Assembly: GCA_002269645.1 (NCBI GenBank)
Contig: NIVC01004696.1
Location: 1 to 37,801, forward strand
Source: Macrostomum lignano
Lineage: Eukaryota
Reading direction: 5' to 3'
Length of the DNA stretch: 37,801 nt
The notes under the pieces are model-generated. The model saw only the letters and a list, made by a program, of their open reading frames with translations. It did no database searches and was not told the origin of the DNA. Position numbers and translations under genes: made by a program. The stretch's first letter is position 1. Each line of letters starts with the position of its first letter. Positions 1 to 12,142 of this stretch are shown here, piece by piece.

Positions 1-1
1 T

Positions 2-2109
2 AAAATGACGTTTTAGAAACTGTTCCATCGGTTCGAAATGCTACTGCGACATGAACGGTCAATTGTGGCTGACAGAAGACGGTCGACCAGTAAAGAAGCG
101 AGTTCGATTCGAGCCAGATGAGGACTATTCTTTACTGTGGCTGGCTCTGTGTCACACAATTCGAGTTGAGGTGCCAAAAAGTTTGGTCGCGGAGGCCGCG
201 AGATCAACGAGCGCCTGTACACTGCGGAGGAAGCGCAAACCTACACGTACCAGGCCAGCTCTCCGGACGAGAAAGCCTTTGTTGAGGCCTGTCGCAATTT
301 CGGAATCATATTTCACGGCACAGAAGAGGGCGTGAGCATTATCAGCTACAAGAACGTAATCCACAAATACCGCGTCATGGAAGTTCTAGAATTCGACTCT
401 GACAGAAAGTGCATGTCGGTGATTCTTCGTCGAGAGAACGGCAGCTACTGGCTGTTGACGAAGGGGCCGAGAGTTCCATGCTGGACAAGTGCTCCTCAGG
501 CGATAAAGAATCGATAATCGAACGATCGGCAGAGTTCGCTCGTTGGGTCTCCGAGTGCTAGTGATTGCTCATCGCCAGCTATCCGAAGATGAGTTCAAGA
601 CAATGCAAGATGCTCTACTCGAGGCCAATCAGGATGTTGCCAACAGGGAGAAGCGAACTGTAGAGGCGTACAAGAGCATCGAGCAAAATCTGGCGGCCAT
701 CGGTTGCACAGCCATCGAGGACGAGCTTCAAGCCGGTGTCAAAGAGACAATCACAGACCTGAGATCAGCTGGAATCCAGGTGTGGATCCTGACCGGTGAC
801 AAGCGAGAAACCGCCGAGAACATCAGCCTCTCGGCCGGTCACTTCACGGAGTCCATGACGCGCATTCGGATAGTGGAGAAAACGGACATCGAATCTTGCT
901 CTCAGGAGGTTTTCCGAGGACTCGAGGAAATCTCAGTTGCGTCTATTCCAGTCAGTACTGCGTTGTGGTTGACGGACAGTCTCTGCAGTATCTGGTCGCC
1001 GAGGACAAGGAAGCCGAAGATTTGAAGTGGCGATTTCTCGAGCTTTGCCGCAAGACGGCAGCCGTCCTGTGCTGTCGTTGCACTCCTCTGCAGAAGGCCA
1101 GAGTAGTTGCCATGGTGAAGAGCGGCATCAAGCCTATGCCCGTCACCTGCTCGATTGGGGACGGAGCCAATGACGTCTCGATGATCCGCGAGGCGCATGT
1201 CGGTGTCGGGCTATTCGGCAAGGAAGGCCGTGCAGCCGCGCTGAACTCCGACTTCGCGTTGGCCAGGTTCAAATTCCTGCGCAAGACACTGCTGTTCCAC
1301 GGCCACCTGTACTACATCCGACTGGCAATAATGCTGCAGTACTTCTTCTACAAGAACGTGGCTTTTGTAGGCGCGCAACTGTTCTACACTTTCTTCTCCG
1401 GTTTCAGCGCTCAGTCAATGTACGATTCCGTGTTTCTGAGCATCTATAATTTAACTATGACGTCTCTGCCAATTCTAATTTACGGTTTGTTTGAGCAGCA
1501 CGTGAGCCGCTCTAGGCTGAATGAAGAACCTGAACTCTACAAGAAAATTGCTCACAATCGCGTGCTGCTGTGGTCAAAACTGCTGGTGTGGTCCGGTCTG
1601 GGCTTCTGGCATTCGGCTTGCTGCTTCTTCTTATTTGTCGGAATTCTGCTTTACAACTCAACTTTTGGGACCTATTTATACGACATTTATAGCTTCGGCT
1701 CCGTTGTTGTCGAGTTTATTCTGATCTGCGTAACACTCAGACTGGTTATTTTTACATACAGCTTTCAGGTAAGTCGTCTGTAATCCCATTGCAAAGCTAT
1801 GCAACAGACAATTAATTTCTGTTCACGTTTCAAACCTCTCAGGTTCCGTTTGTCATCGGAATCGTTGTGACTGTCCTCGGGTTTGCTGGCCTGCTGTCGC
1901 TGTACAACTATCTGACGCTGCCGTTATTCGGCAACAATCTTGACTTTCTGTGGGTGTACTTTGACATCTGCCAGCAGCCGATAGTGTGGGCCCTGATGCC
2001 GCTGGTTGCTGCTATGGCACTGTTCCCAGATATCCTCATTCGTGTCATGCAGGACACCAAGGAGATGCGAATCATTAGGCAGAGACATTTGGCCAAGTCT
2101 CGATTCGAG
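2..2109 (+). CDS. ATP11: P4-type ATPase (phospholipid flippase), ATP11-like; 5'-truncated by the window edge; exons <2-1768 and 1843-2109; about five 1-nt frameshifts
   Basis: Motifs across frames: LALCHT, YQASSPDEKAFVEA, FDSDRKCMSV, GLRVLVIAHR, IEDELQAGV, VWILTGDKRETAENI, CCRCTPLQKA, SIGDGANDVSMI, HGHLYYIRLAIMLQYFFYKN. Phase-0 intron 1769-1842 (GTAAGT...CTCTCAG) joins FQ to VPFVIG in frame; next donor GTGAGA at 2110. The P4 family call is firm; the ATP11 subfamily call rests on the HGHxYY..QYFFYKN segment. Confidence 0.9.
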
Positions 2110-2379
2110 GTGAGAACATGCACATGTAATTTAACGCCACTGTGGGACGAAATCACAAGATTTGCATTTCTAAATAAAACACCAGAACTTTCAAGAGCCT
2201 CAAAGGCACTCGGCGTACAACTTGCACTACCGTAGTGATAATTTACTAGCTCGTATAATACTGCAGAAAATATCTATGTTGGAAATATGGAGGGTCAGAG
2301 CAGTGGCGATTACCCAAACTTTAATTGCAAGGCCCGTTTCCCTAAAGGTCACCAGTATTTGTTGTCTTGGTGTGCGCCC

Positions 2380-2897
2380 GGCCCTGTCTCTTCGTGGGTG
2401 CCCCCGTCTCTTGGTGGGTAAACCTGTCTTTTAGTTGGCGTCCCTGTCTCTTGGTGGGCGCCCCTGTCTCTTGGTTGGCGTCCCTGTCTCTTGGTGGGCG
2501 CCCCTGTCTCTTGGTGGGCGCCCTGTCTCTTGGTTGGCGTCCCTGTCTCTTGGTGGGTGTCCCTGTCTCTTGGTGGGCGCCCTTGTCTCTTGGTGGGCGT
2601 CCTTGTCTCTTGATTGGCGCCCCTGTCTCTTGGTGGGCGTCCCTGTCTCTTGATTGGCGCCCCTGTCTCTTGGTGGGCGTCCTTGTCTCTTGGTGGGTGT
2701 CCCTGTCTCTTGATTGGCGCCCCTGTCTCTTGGTGGGCGTCCTTGTCTCTTGGTGGGTGTCCCTGTCTCTTGATTGGCGTCCCTGTCTCTTGGTGGGTGT
2801 CCCTGTCTCTTGATTGGCGCCCCTGTCTCTTGGTGGGCGTCCTTGTCTCTTGATTTGCGCCCCTGTCTCTTGGTGGGCGTCATTGTCTCTTGATTGG
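2380..2897. repeat. ~20-bp minisatellite (CCCTGTCTCTTGGTGGGCGY) with a local 60-bp higher-order unit
   Basis: Directly visible; 2641-2700 and 2701-2760 are identical 3-unit blocks. Confidence 0.95.
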
Positions 2898-3445
<548 letters not shown>

Positions 3446-3894
3446 CTTATTTATTTGTTTACTTACTTTTGAGATTTAACCTAAAATGTAAAAATACTGT
3501 GTCGGACGTATGGAGCCACAGTGTGAATTTGAAATTCAAAATACTTTTATTTTGACTGATATTCATGTTCCATTGCCGTTTCTAAGCAACGATCAGTGCT
3601 TAATATGATCGTAGAAGCAGAAGTCTGCTTCTCCGTTTGCTTCTATTTCTTTTTTTTGTTTCTGCTGAAGGAGCAGCTGCACAGGAAGTCTTGCATCCTG
3701 AAGGCTGCAGCTGCAACTCCTTGTCTTTCTCACTGTCTTTAAAAAGCTTCCAAACAGGCCGTAGTTGCATGCTCAGCACTCTCAACATCGTTTGCCTTCC
3801 ACTCTTTCTCGCTTGTTTCCTGTTGAGCACACAAGCAGCTGCAGTCAGGCATCCAGCTCCACTCACTAATGCCCAGTCTCGCATCTATTGTCAG

Positions 3895-4891
3895 CAGCCC
3901 CCCAGAACGGAAGAGGACAGCCGTGGTACCGTCGGGGTGAGCGCAATTCCACTCTCCCAGTTTTCCACTTCACTTTTCTGGTCTCTTTCTCCGTTTTGCT
4001 CGAAGTATCCCGCCAAGCTTGGGTTAGACTCTGTAAGCTGCTACTGTCAGTTAAAAGCCTCTGTAGGCATCATACTACTTGTGTATAAGTGCATTGCTGC
4101 CTTCTGCATTTGCATTAGTAGTTAAAATGTTTGCATGTCTATACGTGCATTTAATGTCAGTCTGGACAATTGCGATAAACAAATTATTTGCCTGATTAGC
4201 AAACGCAAATGGGCAAAATGCAAATGCGAAATTCGCATAATAAATAAATCTATTTCCGGAAAACCCCGGGGTTAATACCATAGACTGTAGCTTCTGCAAC
4301 TCTCAAGCATTAGCACATAAAGGAAAGCACTTGAAAAGCATTTTTTGAATCTGACTGACATGGCCGCGGTGCTGTGGCTACTAAATAATCAGGAGTAGTG
4401 GAATCAATCCATTCCTGAAGGATCTCCACTTGCTGTGGTCCCGGGGTTTTGGATCCTCTGAGACGGCTCATATCGTACACTATACTATAGTCTATGGCCA
4501 GTCCTGCAGACACACTTCGACACGAACGGAATTTGTTTTTTTGCAGACTTCTGTATGAACATGTTTAAAAATGATACCCATGGAAAATATTGTCAATTGT
4601 GTACGAGAATTAACTTGACTTTCTCTCAAACTAACTCGCCCGCAGGATTTGAAGCTTTCAGCTGCAGCCGATTATGGAGTCAACAAGCAGAAAGAGACAG
4701 TCCTGTCCACAGACCATGGCTTGAGTAGTGATGCAGAGAAGCAGCAACAACAGCCGCAGGTGATTTTAAAGTTCCGAGTCAACCAGAAGGCCAATAATGC
4801 CTATCAGAATTCGGCGTTCAACGCGCAGGAAGAACCGGCGCCTGGCGAAGCCGGCGAGCGGTACGAAACGTCCGATGCTACAGCTGGATGA
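3895..4891 (+). CDS. Probable terminal exons of the P4-ATPase C-terminal tail (3895-3936, 4646-4759, 4829-4891)
   Basis: Each segment has an AG acceptor and the first two have GT donors (GTGAGC 3937, GTGATT 4760). A CTAAC branch-like site lies at 4631. All junctions are phase 0, matching the phase-0 donor at 2110, and the chain ends in TGA at 4889-4891. The peptide is low-complexity, so there is no homology support. Confidence 0.45.
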
Positions 4892-6365
4892 CAGACACCT
4901 CCCTAGCGACTAGCACTGCATTCAACTCCCAGTTTGCTCTGACAGACAAGCCTTTAGTGAACGGAGCCGCTGCCCCCCTCTGTTGAATCCTCTCTCTCTC
5001 TCTTCTCCTCTCCTCCCCTCGCGGCGGGAAGGCAAACAGAAATGCGGGATAGAATTTCTGGTAAGGGCGCTGCATTTTGCCCACGGTCTGCTGGCAGAGC
5101 GCCTTCTCCTATACAGCCCTGGCTCCCCTCTTCTCTGCAAGCGCATTTTAATTCAGCTATAAAAAATTAATGACTCCCAAGCATGCTGAGCGTCAGATTT
5201 GCATCTGTCAAACATGCAATCATATCGTGTGCAGCATTTGGAGTGAGTTATTTCAACGCGTAAACTTTTTTCTACGGTTTCCATGACGACGAATGCAGCA
5301 GCAGAGAATCTGGGAGAGTCTGAGTTGGATGCAGACTAGGGGTTCCTGTTGGCGGGGGAGACAGGTGCACTGAAACACCGTTCACATTAACTATTCGCAT
5401 CTACTTGTGCCATCTTCACGTGTTGTTAAGACAAAAAACTTTTTTCCATTTCCTCGTTGACCCAGTGATGCTTTGCTTTGAGCATTATCCGAGTTCAGTT
5501 CCGCCAAAGAGAAATGCACAGATTAAACTCTGCAACAATTTAACGATTGACTTTTCGGCACAGAGCCTTTAATCTTGACAATTTAATTTAGATTTATTTT
5601 TGTCTTGGCCTTCATAAATCAAACTTTATTTTTTTTTATAACAAAACTGTAATCTTGAGCCAAATCGCTGATCTTACTTTTCTGTCTGCAATTTTACACT
5701 TTGATTGCTCTTCTCCAGCTCGTGTGCCTTAGATACTACTTTCAGCGCTCTTTCGAGCATGATTTTTTTTCAAAAGAAGCTTGAGGAGCCTTGAATCGTA
5801 TATTTACTACTTATAATATATTTCAATAGATATGGTCATTGATCTTGTGTGATCAGAGCGTCGTTTTGCTATGAACTGAATATACTAAACAGTCATGCTT
5901 ATTCACTGAAATACAACGTTGGGCCATGAAAAGCCTATTGCGTTAGTCTCTGTTAATTAAAGACCAGTCAAAGAGTTTTAAGAGACTGGGTAGGGTCTAA
6001 AAAATACTCTTCACAAGTAGCAACGTCGCCATAGGCACCAAATTGGACAATTTAAAAGCCCAAACTGCACACACAGTAAGCCACACTATGGAAATAAGAT
6101 TGAATGAACGCTTTGTGTGCACTTAGCCTACTGAGAGACTACAGACCCTGTAGACTCTCGTCTCTACCCCCATCTCTTGGCAAACACGCGGCTGCTTAGA
6201 GAGACACGCCTTTTGTGGCCAAATGCTCTACTGTGCAGGTGAGCGGGGGAGAGACAGGAGGAGACAGCAATGCATTAAAGAAGAACGGCGCAATAGCCAA
6301 CTGGCAAATGCCACTCACTGGCTACCGCGTCTTTGGAGAGCAAGCTCAGGCCAACAGTAGCAACA

Positions 6366-9081
6366 ATGTCTGTGAGTAAATTATCCAATTTTCGAAACTA
6401 TAAATCATAAATCATAAATAAACTATAAATCAAACTATGAAACTATGCATCGGCATATAAGTATATAAATATTAAATTCTTAAGCATAATTGGATCATAA
6501 TTAATAATCTCAGCTAAAATAGACACGCTTGTACAGATGCTTAGGGGCCGTAGCAACTCAGAGCTCGGCCAATCTCCCAGGCTTAAAGCATGGGAGGACA
6601 TAAGGGGGGACAGAGCCAAAAATGAACATGTAAATTATTTCAAGACAAATAGTGTTGTTGGTACTCATTTTGGCGCCACAGGCACTCATTTTTGCGCCTC
6701 AAGCAGGCACTCATTTTGGCGCCTCAAGAAGGCACTCATTTTGGCGCCTCAAGCAGGCACTCATTTTGGCGCCTCAAGAAGGCACTCATTTTGGCGCCTC
6801 AAGCAGGCACTCATTTTGGCGCCGCAGGCAGGCACTCATTTTGGCGCCTCAAGAAGGCACTCATTTTGGCGCCTCAAGCAGGCACTCATTTTGGCGCCTC
6901 AAGCAGGCACTCATTTTGGCGCCGCAGGCAGGCACTCATTTTGGCGCCTCAAGCAGGCACTCATTTTGGCGCCGCAGGAAAGCACTCATTTTGGCGCCTC
7001 AAGAAGGCACTCATTTTGGCGCCTCAAGCAGGCACTCATTTTGGCGCCGCAGGCAGGCACTCATTTTGGCGCCTCAAGAAGGCACTCATTTTGGCGCCTC
7101 AAGCAGGCACTCATTTTGGCGCCTCAAGCAGGCACTCATTTTGGCGCCTCAAGCAGGCACTCATTTTGGCGCCGCAGGCAGGCACTCAGTTTGGCGCCGC
7201 AGGCAGGCACTCAGTTTGGCGCCGCAGGCAGGCACTCAGTTTGGCGCCGCAAGCAGGCACTCAGTTTGGCGCCGCAGGCAGGCACTCAGTTTGGCGCCGC
7301 AGGCAGGCTTTCTTGCTCTCAAAACCAAGGAACTTAATTTAAAATTACAGGATGCGGAGGAGGGCAACGCGGAGGAGGTCCTGGAGCTGACTCTGCAAGA
7401 AGAGAAACGTGAGCAATTAACAAAATGATTATCATAACATAAGAATGTTAATCAACAACACAGCTACTCAAGCCGATTCCATTCGTTAACCTCTAGTGTT
7501 CCGCGAGACCTACAACGCGTTGAGCAAAGGCCGGGGCGACCTGCCGGTCAACCTGATCGGCCAGGCCCTGCGGATGAACAACCAGTGCCCCACCGAGGCT
7601 GAGCTACAGAAAATCATCGAGGATCACCGCGATGAGGATGCCGTGGATCCAGGTAAAGTTCCTGTGGTTGATTATTGTCAAAACAATCTTAAATCTTAAA
7701 TGCTCACTTTTTAAACCAAGGGGCCGGCTAACTCCCGCCCAGGGGCCACATGCGGCCCGTGAGGCCTCTCTAACCGGCCTTCGGGTCCTTTGAAACTTCA
7801 AATAGGTTTGTGTCTCTTCTCAGCTCTCTCAGCTCTCAGCTCTCTCTCCTCTCCCCTCTCCTCGCTTTCTTCCTCTCCCCTCTCCTCTCTCCTCTCCTTT
7901 CCCCTCTCTTCTCTCCCCTCTGCTCTCTCCCCTCCTCTCCCCTCTCCTTTCTCCCCTCTGCTCTCTCCCCTCCTCTCCCCTCTCCCTCTCCTCTCTCCCC
8001 TCTGCTCTCTCCTCTCCTCTCCCCTCTCCTCTCCCCTCTCCTCTCCCCTCTCCTCTCCCCTCTCCTTTCCCGTCTCCTCTCCCCTTTCCTCTCCCCTCTC
8101 CTCTCCCCTCTCCTCTCTCCCCTCTCCCCTCTCCTTTCTCTCCTCCTCTCCCCTCTCCTCTCTCCCCTCTCCCCTCTCCCCTCTCCTTTCTCCCCTCCTC
8201 TCCCCTCTCCTCTCCCCTCTCTTTTCCTTTCTCCCCTATTCCCTCTAGTCTCTTCTTCCGTGGAAAATCTGGCCCTTTAAGTTAAAAAAATTTCCAGACC
8301 CCAGTTTCAAACCCACGACTTTGTTGCAGGTGTTGACTTTAAATTCCTAAAAGATTGAAGTACCTTAGTACTTGGCTGAAAATTGAACGTATGCATTTCA
8401 AACAGAATGAGTTACTGAAAACCTATGCTATCCTTGTTGAACTCTGCTTAATAACAGACGAAATGCCCAAAGTGGACTTTGAAGAGTTCTGCACCATCAT
8501 GAAAGAAAACTGGAAGACGCGCGACCAGCTGGAAGACCAGCTGAAGGCCGCTTTTGCCACCTTCGACAAGGCTGAGAGCGGCATCATCGAGGCCGAGGAC
8601 TTCAAGAACTGGATGATGACACTCGGCGAGGTGTTGGAAGAGGGCGAAATCAATGAACTGCTAAAAGATGCTGGCACTCTCGATGGAAAAGTTCCTTACG
8701 ATCGTGAGTTTGAAGTATTGTTATTTGATAAGTTATTTGAATCTCAATAACTAACAGTGGAGTACTATTGCAATGGGAAGTTACGGGGAGTCATAAGCTG
8801 ATGTTGTTGACTATTGCAAGGATCTGTCAGGTACGAGCTAGATAATGACCGATGAATCATGCAGAATCACGTACTCTCCCCCCTCGTCTCCCCTCTCCTC
8901 TCCCCTCTCCTCTCTCCCCTCTTCCCTCTCTTATTTATGAAGAGTTATTTTTCAAATCTCTTCAGAATTCGTTCCGCACCTGCTCGACGCCTACGGTCGT
9001 CCGGCCTCTAAAAAGCCGAAGGGCTCTGCCAAAAAAGGTGGCAAAAAGTCAGCTGCAAGTTCCGGCAAAGGAAAAAAGTAG
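6366..9081 (+). CDS. Calmodulin/myosin-light-chain-like EF-hand protein, 193 aa, with acidic N-terminus and Lys-rich C-terminal tail; exons 6366-6371, 7351-7408, 7497-7652, 8458-8703, 8966-9081
   Basis: All four introns are GT-AG with consistent phases, and the exons sum to 582 nt. The product contains [73 protein letters not shown] and GKVPYDQFV, collinear with calmodulin. The 6-nt first exon (ATG TCT|GTGAGT) is the least certain part. Confidence 0.85.
6660..7308. repeat. 25-bp minisatellite (GGCACTCATTTTGGCGCCTCAAGCA and variants), ~26 copies, in intron 1 of the EF-hand gene
   Basis: Directly visible tandem array; 3' copies shift to CAGTTT/CGCAGG variants. Confidence 0.95.
7717..8304. mobile_element. 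Degenerate non-autonomous hAT-like element (MITE) carrying a CT-rich low-complexity interior
   Basis: The ends CAAGGGGCCGGCTAAC...GGGCCACATGCGGCCCG and GGCCC...AAAAAAATTTCCAGACCCCAG resemble hAT/Charlie termini. The 8-bp flanks TTTTAAAC (7709-7716) and TTTCAAAC (8305-8312) match at 7/8, the hAT TSD length. Confidence 0.55.
7820..8245. repeat. CT-rich polypyrimidine low-complexity tract
   Basis: Directly visible CTCTCCC-type repeats; a shorter tract lies at ~8878-8932. Confidence 0.95.
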
Positions 9082-9379
9082 CTGTTGCACTGGAGAAAGA
9101 ACACTTATGTCAATGCATAAGAGCATTGATATGTCTAAGAACTTTCCCACTTGATGTTTTGTAATTTCAACAAACAATATCCTTGCTAATATTTGCGTAC
9201 TGCATTCAAATAAACACTGCCGATCAAAAAGTAATATTTTTATAAACGTATTTTTGGTCGCCAACGACGAGTACACTACGATATCGAAGCCTCAGTTTTT
9301 TTAATGCACCAGAAGATTTTGTTTGACTCAGCGAGTTTCTCAGTCTCGTAGATTTTATGTAGTCACCAAGTTTCCACGG

Positions 9380-9865
9380 GTTTCAGTGGGTTTCATTGCC
9401 GTGGGATTCATTTGGTTTCATTGGGTTTCCGTGGGTTTCAGTGAGTTTCAGTGTGTTTCATTGGGTTTTCGTGGGATTCCTTGGGTTTCAGTGGGTTTCA
9501 GTGAGTTTCAGTGAGCTTCAGTAGATTTCAGTGAGTCTTCAGTGAGTTTCACTGAGTTTGAGTGAGTTTGAGTGAGTTTGAGTGAGTTTCTGTGAGATTT
9601 ACAGAGTTTCAGTGAGTTTCGATGAGCTTCAGTGAGTTTCAGAGGGCATCAGTGAGTTTCAGAGGGCATCAGTGAGTTTCAGAGGGCATCAGTGAGTTTC
9701 AGAGGGCATCAGTGAGTTTCAGAGGGCATCAGTGAGTTTCAGAGGGCATCAGTGAGTTTCAGAGGGCATCAGTGAGTTTCAGAGGGCATCAGTGAGTTTC
9801 AGAGGGCATCAGTGAGTTTCAGAGGGCATCAGTGAGTTTCAGAGGGCATCAGTGAGTTTCAGAGG
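9380..9865. repeat. Degenerate 10-mer (CAGTGRGTTT) array grading into a homogeneous 20-mer (AGTGAGTTTCAGAGGGCATC) array
   Basis: Directly visible; about 11-12 near-identical 20-mers from ~9631. Confidence 0.95.
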
Positions 9866-9880
9866 ACATCCCTGGATTTT

Positions 9881-10005
9881 ACTGACTGGGACTCCACTGC
9901 CTGTGATGGCATTCCACTGACTGGGATTCTACTGCCTGTGATGGCATTCCACTGACTGGGACTCCACTGCCTGTGATGGCATTCCACTGACTGGGATTCT
10001 ACTGA
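9881..10005. repeat. 35-bp tandem repeat, ~3.5 copies
   Basis: ACTGACTGGG starts at 9881, 9916, 9951 and 9986. Confidence 0.95.
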
Positions 10006-10561
10006 GGTGTCCCCGAGCAGCGGTGTGTCACCTTGTTTTTGCATGCAGTCAGAGAGAGCACCGAATCAAGATAGACAGCGGAGTTTTTTTACAACAGTTG
10101 CGTCAGTTGCCTTTCCTATTGGCGGTGAAGCAAGTCATGCATGTGTGCTGATATCACATAGTCAATTTTTTATCCTGTGCAAACATAAACTCATGCACCC
10201 TGTTTGCACTGCGAGAATGCTGCATCGCTTACACAAGCCGAGTGAGTGCTTCCCTGATCATGTTTGTCCAGCAGGCACTCATGGTCTGATCCGCGCAAGA
10301 GGATCACGCCAGTCAGTGCCAGTGTAGGTGGATGGTGGAATGATTAGACGTACTACTGTTAAAGAACATTTGTCTGGAATGGATCACGCCATATTCTCTC
10401 TCATAATTCTTGCAAAACTCTATAGCTTACAACATTAGCTGCTATGATATAATTTCGAGTGAAGATATATATAATTACTCATTCGTTTGATCAAACTGAA
10501 ACCAAGCTACATATGAGCATAATTCTCTTAAAATTGGTCTATTTTTCAAGACGAAAAAAGT

Positions 10562-10830
10562 TGATTGTAGCCGAGTGGTAAGAGCGTTAGACTCATGACT
10601 TGAAAGTTGGGGGTTCTATTACCGATCCCTCTGGAAAAATTTGTGTCCTTTAGCAAGACACTTAACTCTGCATTGCTTCAGTTCACCCAGCTGTAAAATG
10701 GGTGCCAGCATTAGCTGAGGTAATTGAGGGTGTGTGTGACAATCCCCCAGTCCTTGGACTAAACAACAATAGCTGCGGCTGAGCTGTCGGTTGAACATCT
10801 GGCCCAACTGGGGCAGGTGTAATCAATTAT
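10562..10830 (+). mobile_element. tRNA-derived CORE-type SINE
   Basis: A-box TAGCCGAGTGG (10568), degenerate B-box GGTTCTATTACC (~10612), then TGTGTCCTTTAGCAAGACACTTAAC...CAGTT...CTGTAAAATGGG resembling the MIR/CORE domain; AT-rich tail. The 3' boundary is approximate. Confidence 0.7.
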
Positions 10831-10994
10831 TAATTATTAAAATTTGTAGATTTGGTGTAACAAGTTTAGAGTTGTGACAAAAATTCAGTGATTGAAAGCG
10901 TTCGATAGACAGTTTTTTACATTTGTAGTTCAAGCCGAACTTTTAATTAGCCGTAAATACGTGTTACTTTAAAGGCCTGTCTGGTCGCGCCCTC

Positions 10995-11052
10995 ATTGGT
11001 CCTTATAACCAATCACGTGTGGGGAAGAAGATCACGTTTGCCCAAGATGGAG
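10995..11052 (+). promoter_or_regulatory. Possible promoter motifs upstream of GPCR1
   Basis: ATTGG/CCAAT boxes, an adjacent CACGTG E-box and a YY1-like CAAGATGG 120-170 bp upstream of the ATG. These short motifs could be chance. Confidence 0.25.
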
Positions 11053-11167
11053 GAGAAGTCGGGCCAGCGAGTCAACAATGATAGAGTCGTCTGACCAAAA
11101 ATGATAAATTAGGTAGTATCGATGCTTGTTTTAATTCGCTGCAACTTACGACTCGACTACGACTCGT

Positions 11168-12142
11168 ATGGCTATTGAGGATTACTTCCGTTTCGCACTC
11201 ATTAGCATCTTGGGCCTGTCGATGGTGCTCAACTGCGTGTTCATCGCCTTCACTGTGCGAAGAAAGATCGGCACCCGACTTTGCAACATCCTGCTGCGCT
11301 CTCAAGCTTTTATCGACCTACTTCTCATGTGCGCAAACATTTGCGTCATACAGCTGCGGAGCTATCTGCCAGAGTTGAGCCAGTCCTTGCCAGATTTTGT
11401 TTGGCATGTCTATTGCAAGCTGTATATCAGTCATGTTCTATACTGGAGCCTCGTCTGCATGAGCGTTTACAATATTCTCTGCATCTCTATAGAGCGCTGC
11501 ATCTGCATCTGTTGCCCGTTCTGGTACCGAGTGAACAAGCGCAAGCTGCTAGCGATCCTGGCTCTTATCATTGCCGCTGCTCCACTTCTTGTTGAAGGGC
11601 CATACTGTTTGATTTCAGTAAATATTGTCTTAAGTCAAGTAGATAATGACACATTTAAAAAGAAGTGCTTGTACACTTTCTACGACCAGCCAGCAGAAAA
11701 ACTTGTTGCCATCGCATATGTGACGCTATTCTATGTCTTGCCATTCTTTATAATCGTTGCGCTGTACTTGTGCATCCTTTGTCGCTTTCGACGATCAGCA
11801 AATCTGCGGGAGACGTCGGCTGGAGGTGGCGGGAGGGGCATCAGCGCTGCGGCAAAAAAATTGACTCTGACTATTGGCGTCACTGCGACAGCTTTTATAC
11901 TGCTATTTTCCTTGGATAGTGTCACCTTCTTTCTGTATAACGTTGGAACTGGAATCGATCTGGGACCATTCTTTGGCCAGTTGGATTCATTTTTGGTGAG
12001 CATGAATAGCGCGGTAAATCCACTAATCTACCTGGTCTTCATGCCGGAATTTCGGCGCTTTCTGACGCGTCGGGATTGTCGAAGCTCAGCAGCTCAGAGA
12101 AACGGAGGGAGCGCTCCGGGGATTCCGGAATGTCTAACCTAG
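11168..12142 (+). CDS. Intronless class A (rhodopsin-like) GPCR, paralogue 1, 324 aa
   Basis: Seven hydrophobic segments, SIERC (DRY equivalent), NSAVNPLIY (NPxxY), and a Cys in TM3 plus a Cys in ECL2. Confidence 0.92.
   Translation: MAIEDYFRFALISILGLSMVLNCVFIAFTVRRKIGTRLCNILLRSQAFIDLLLMCANICVIQLRSYLPELSQSLPDFVWHVYCKLYISHVLYWSLVCMSVYNILCISIERCICICCPFWYRVNKRKLLAILALIIAAAPLLVEGPYCLISVNIVLSQVDNDTFKKKCLYTFYDQPAEKLVAIAYVTLFYVLPFFIIVALYLCILCRFRRSANLRETSAGGGGRGISAAAKKLTLTIGVTATAFILLFSLDSVTFFLYNVGTGIDLGPFFGQLDSFLVSMNSAVNPLIYLVFMPEFRRFLTRRDCRSSAAQRNGGSAPGIPECLT

Noticed and set aside
6660-7308. CRISPR-like appearance of regular repeats (also 9631-9865 and 32140-32597)
   Set aside because: Units are head-to-tail with no unique spacers, no cas genes are present, and the context is eukaryotic.
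6537-7428. Three overlapping 216-266 aa ORFs (QAGTHFGA repeats)
   Set aside because: Products of the stop-free 25-bp satellite inside a well-supported intron.
7790-8280. Ser/Pro/Leu-rich ORFs
   Set aside because: Translation of the CT-rich tract.
10562-10640. Possible tRNA gene
   Set aside because: Degenerate B-box, no convincing acceptor stem, and it continues into a CORE-SINE body.
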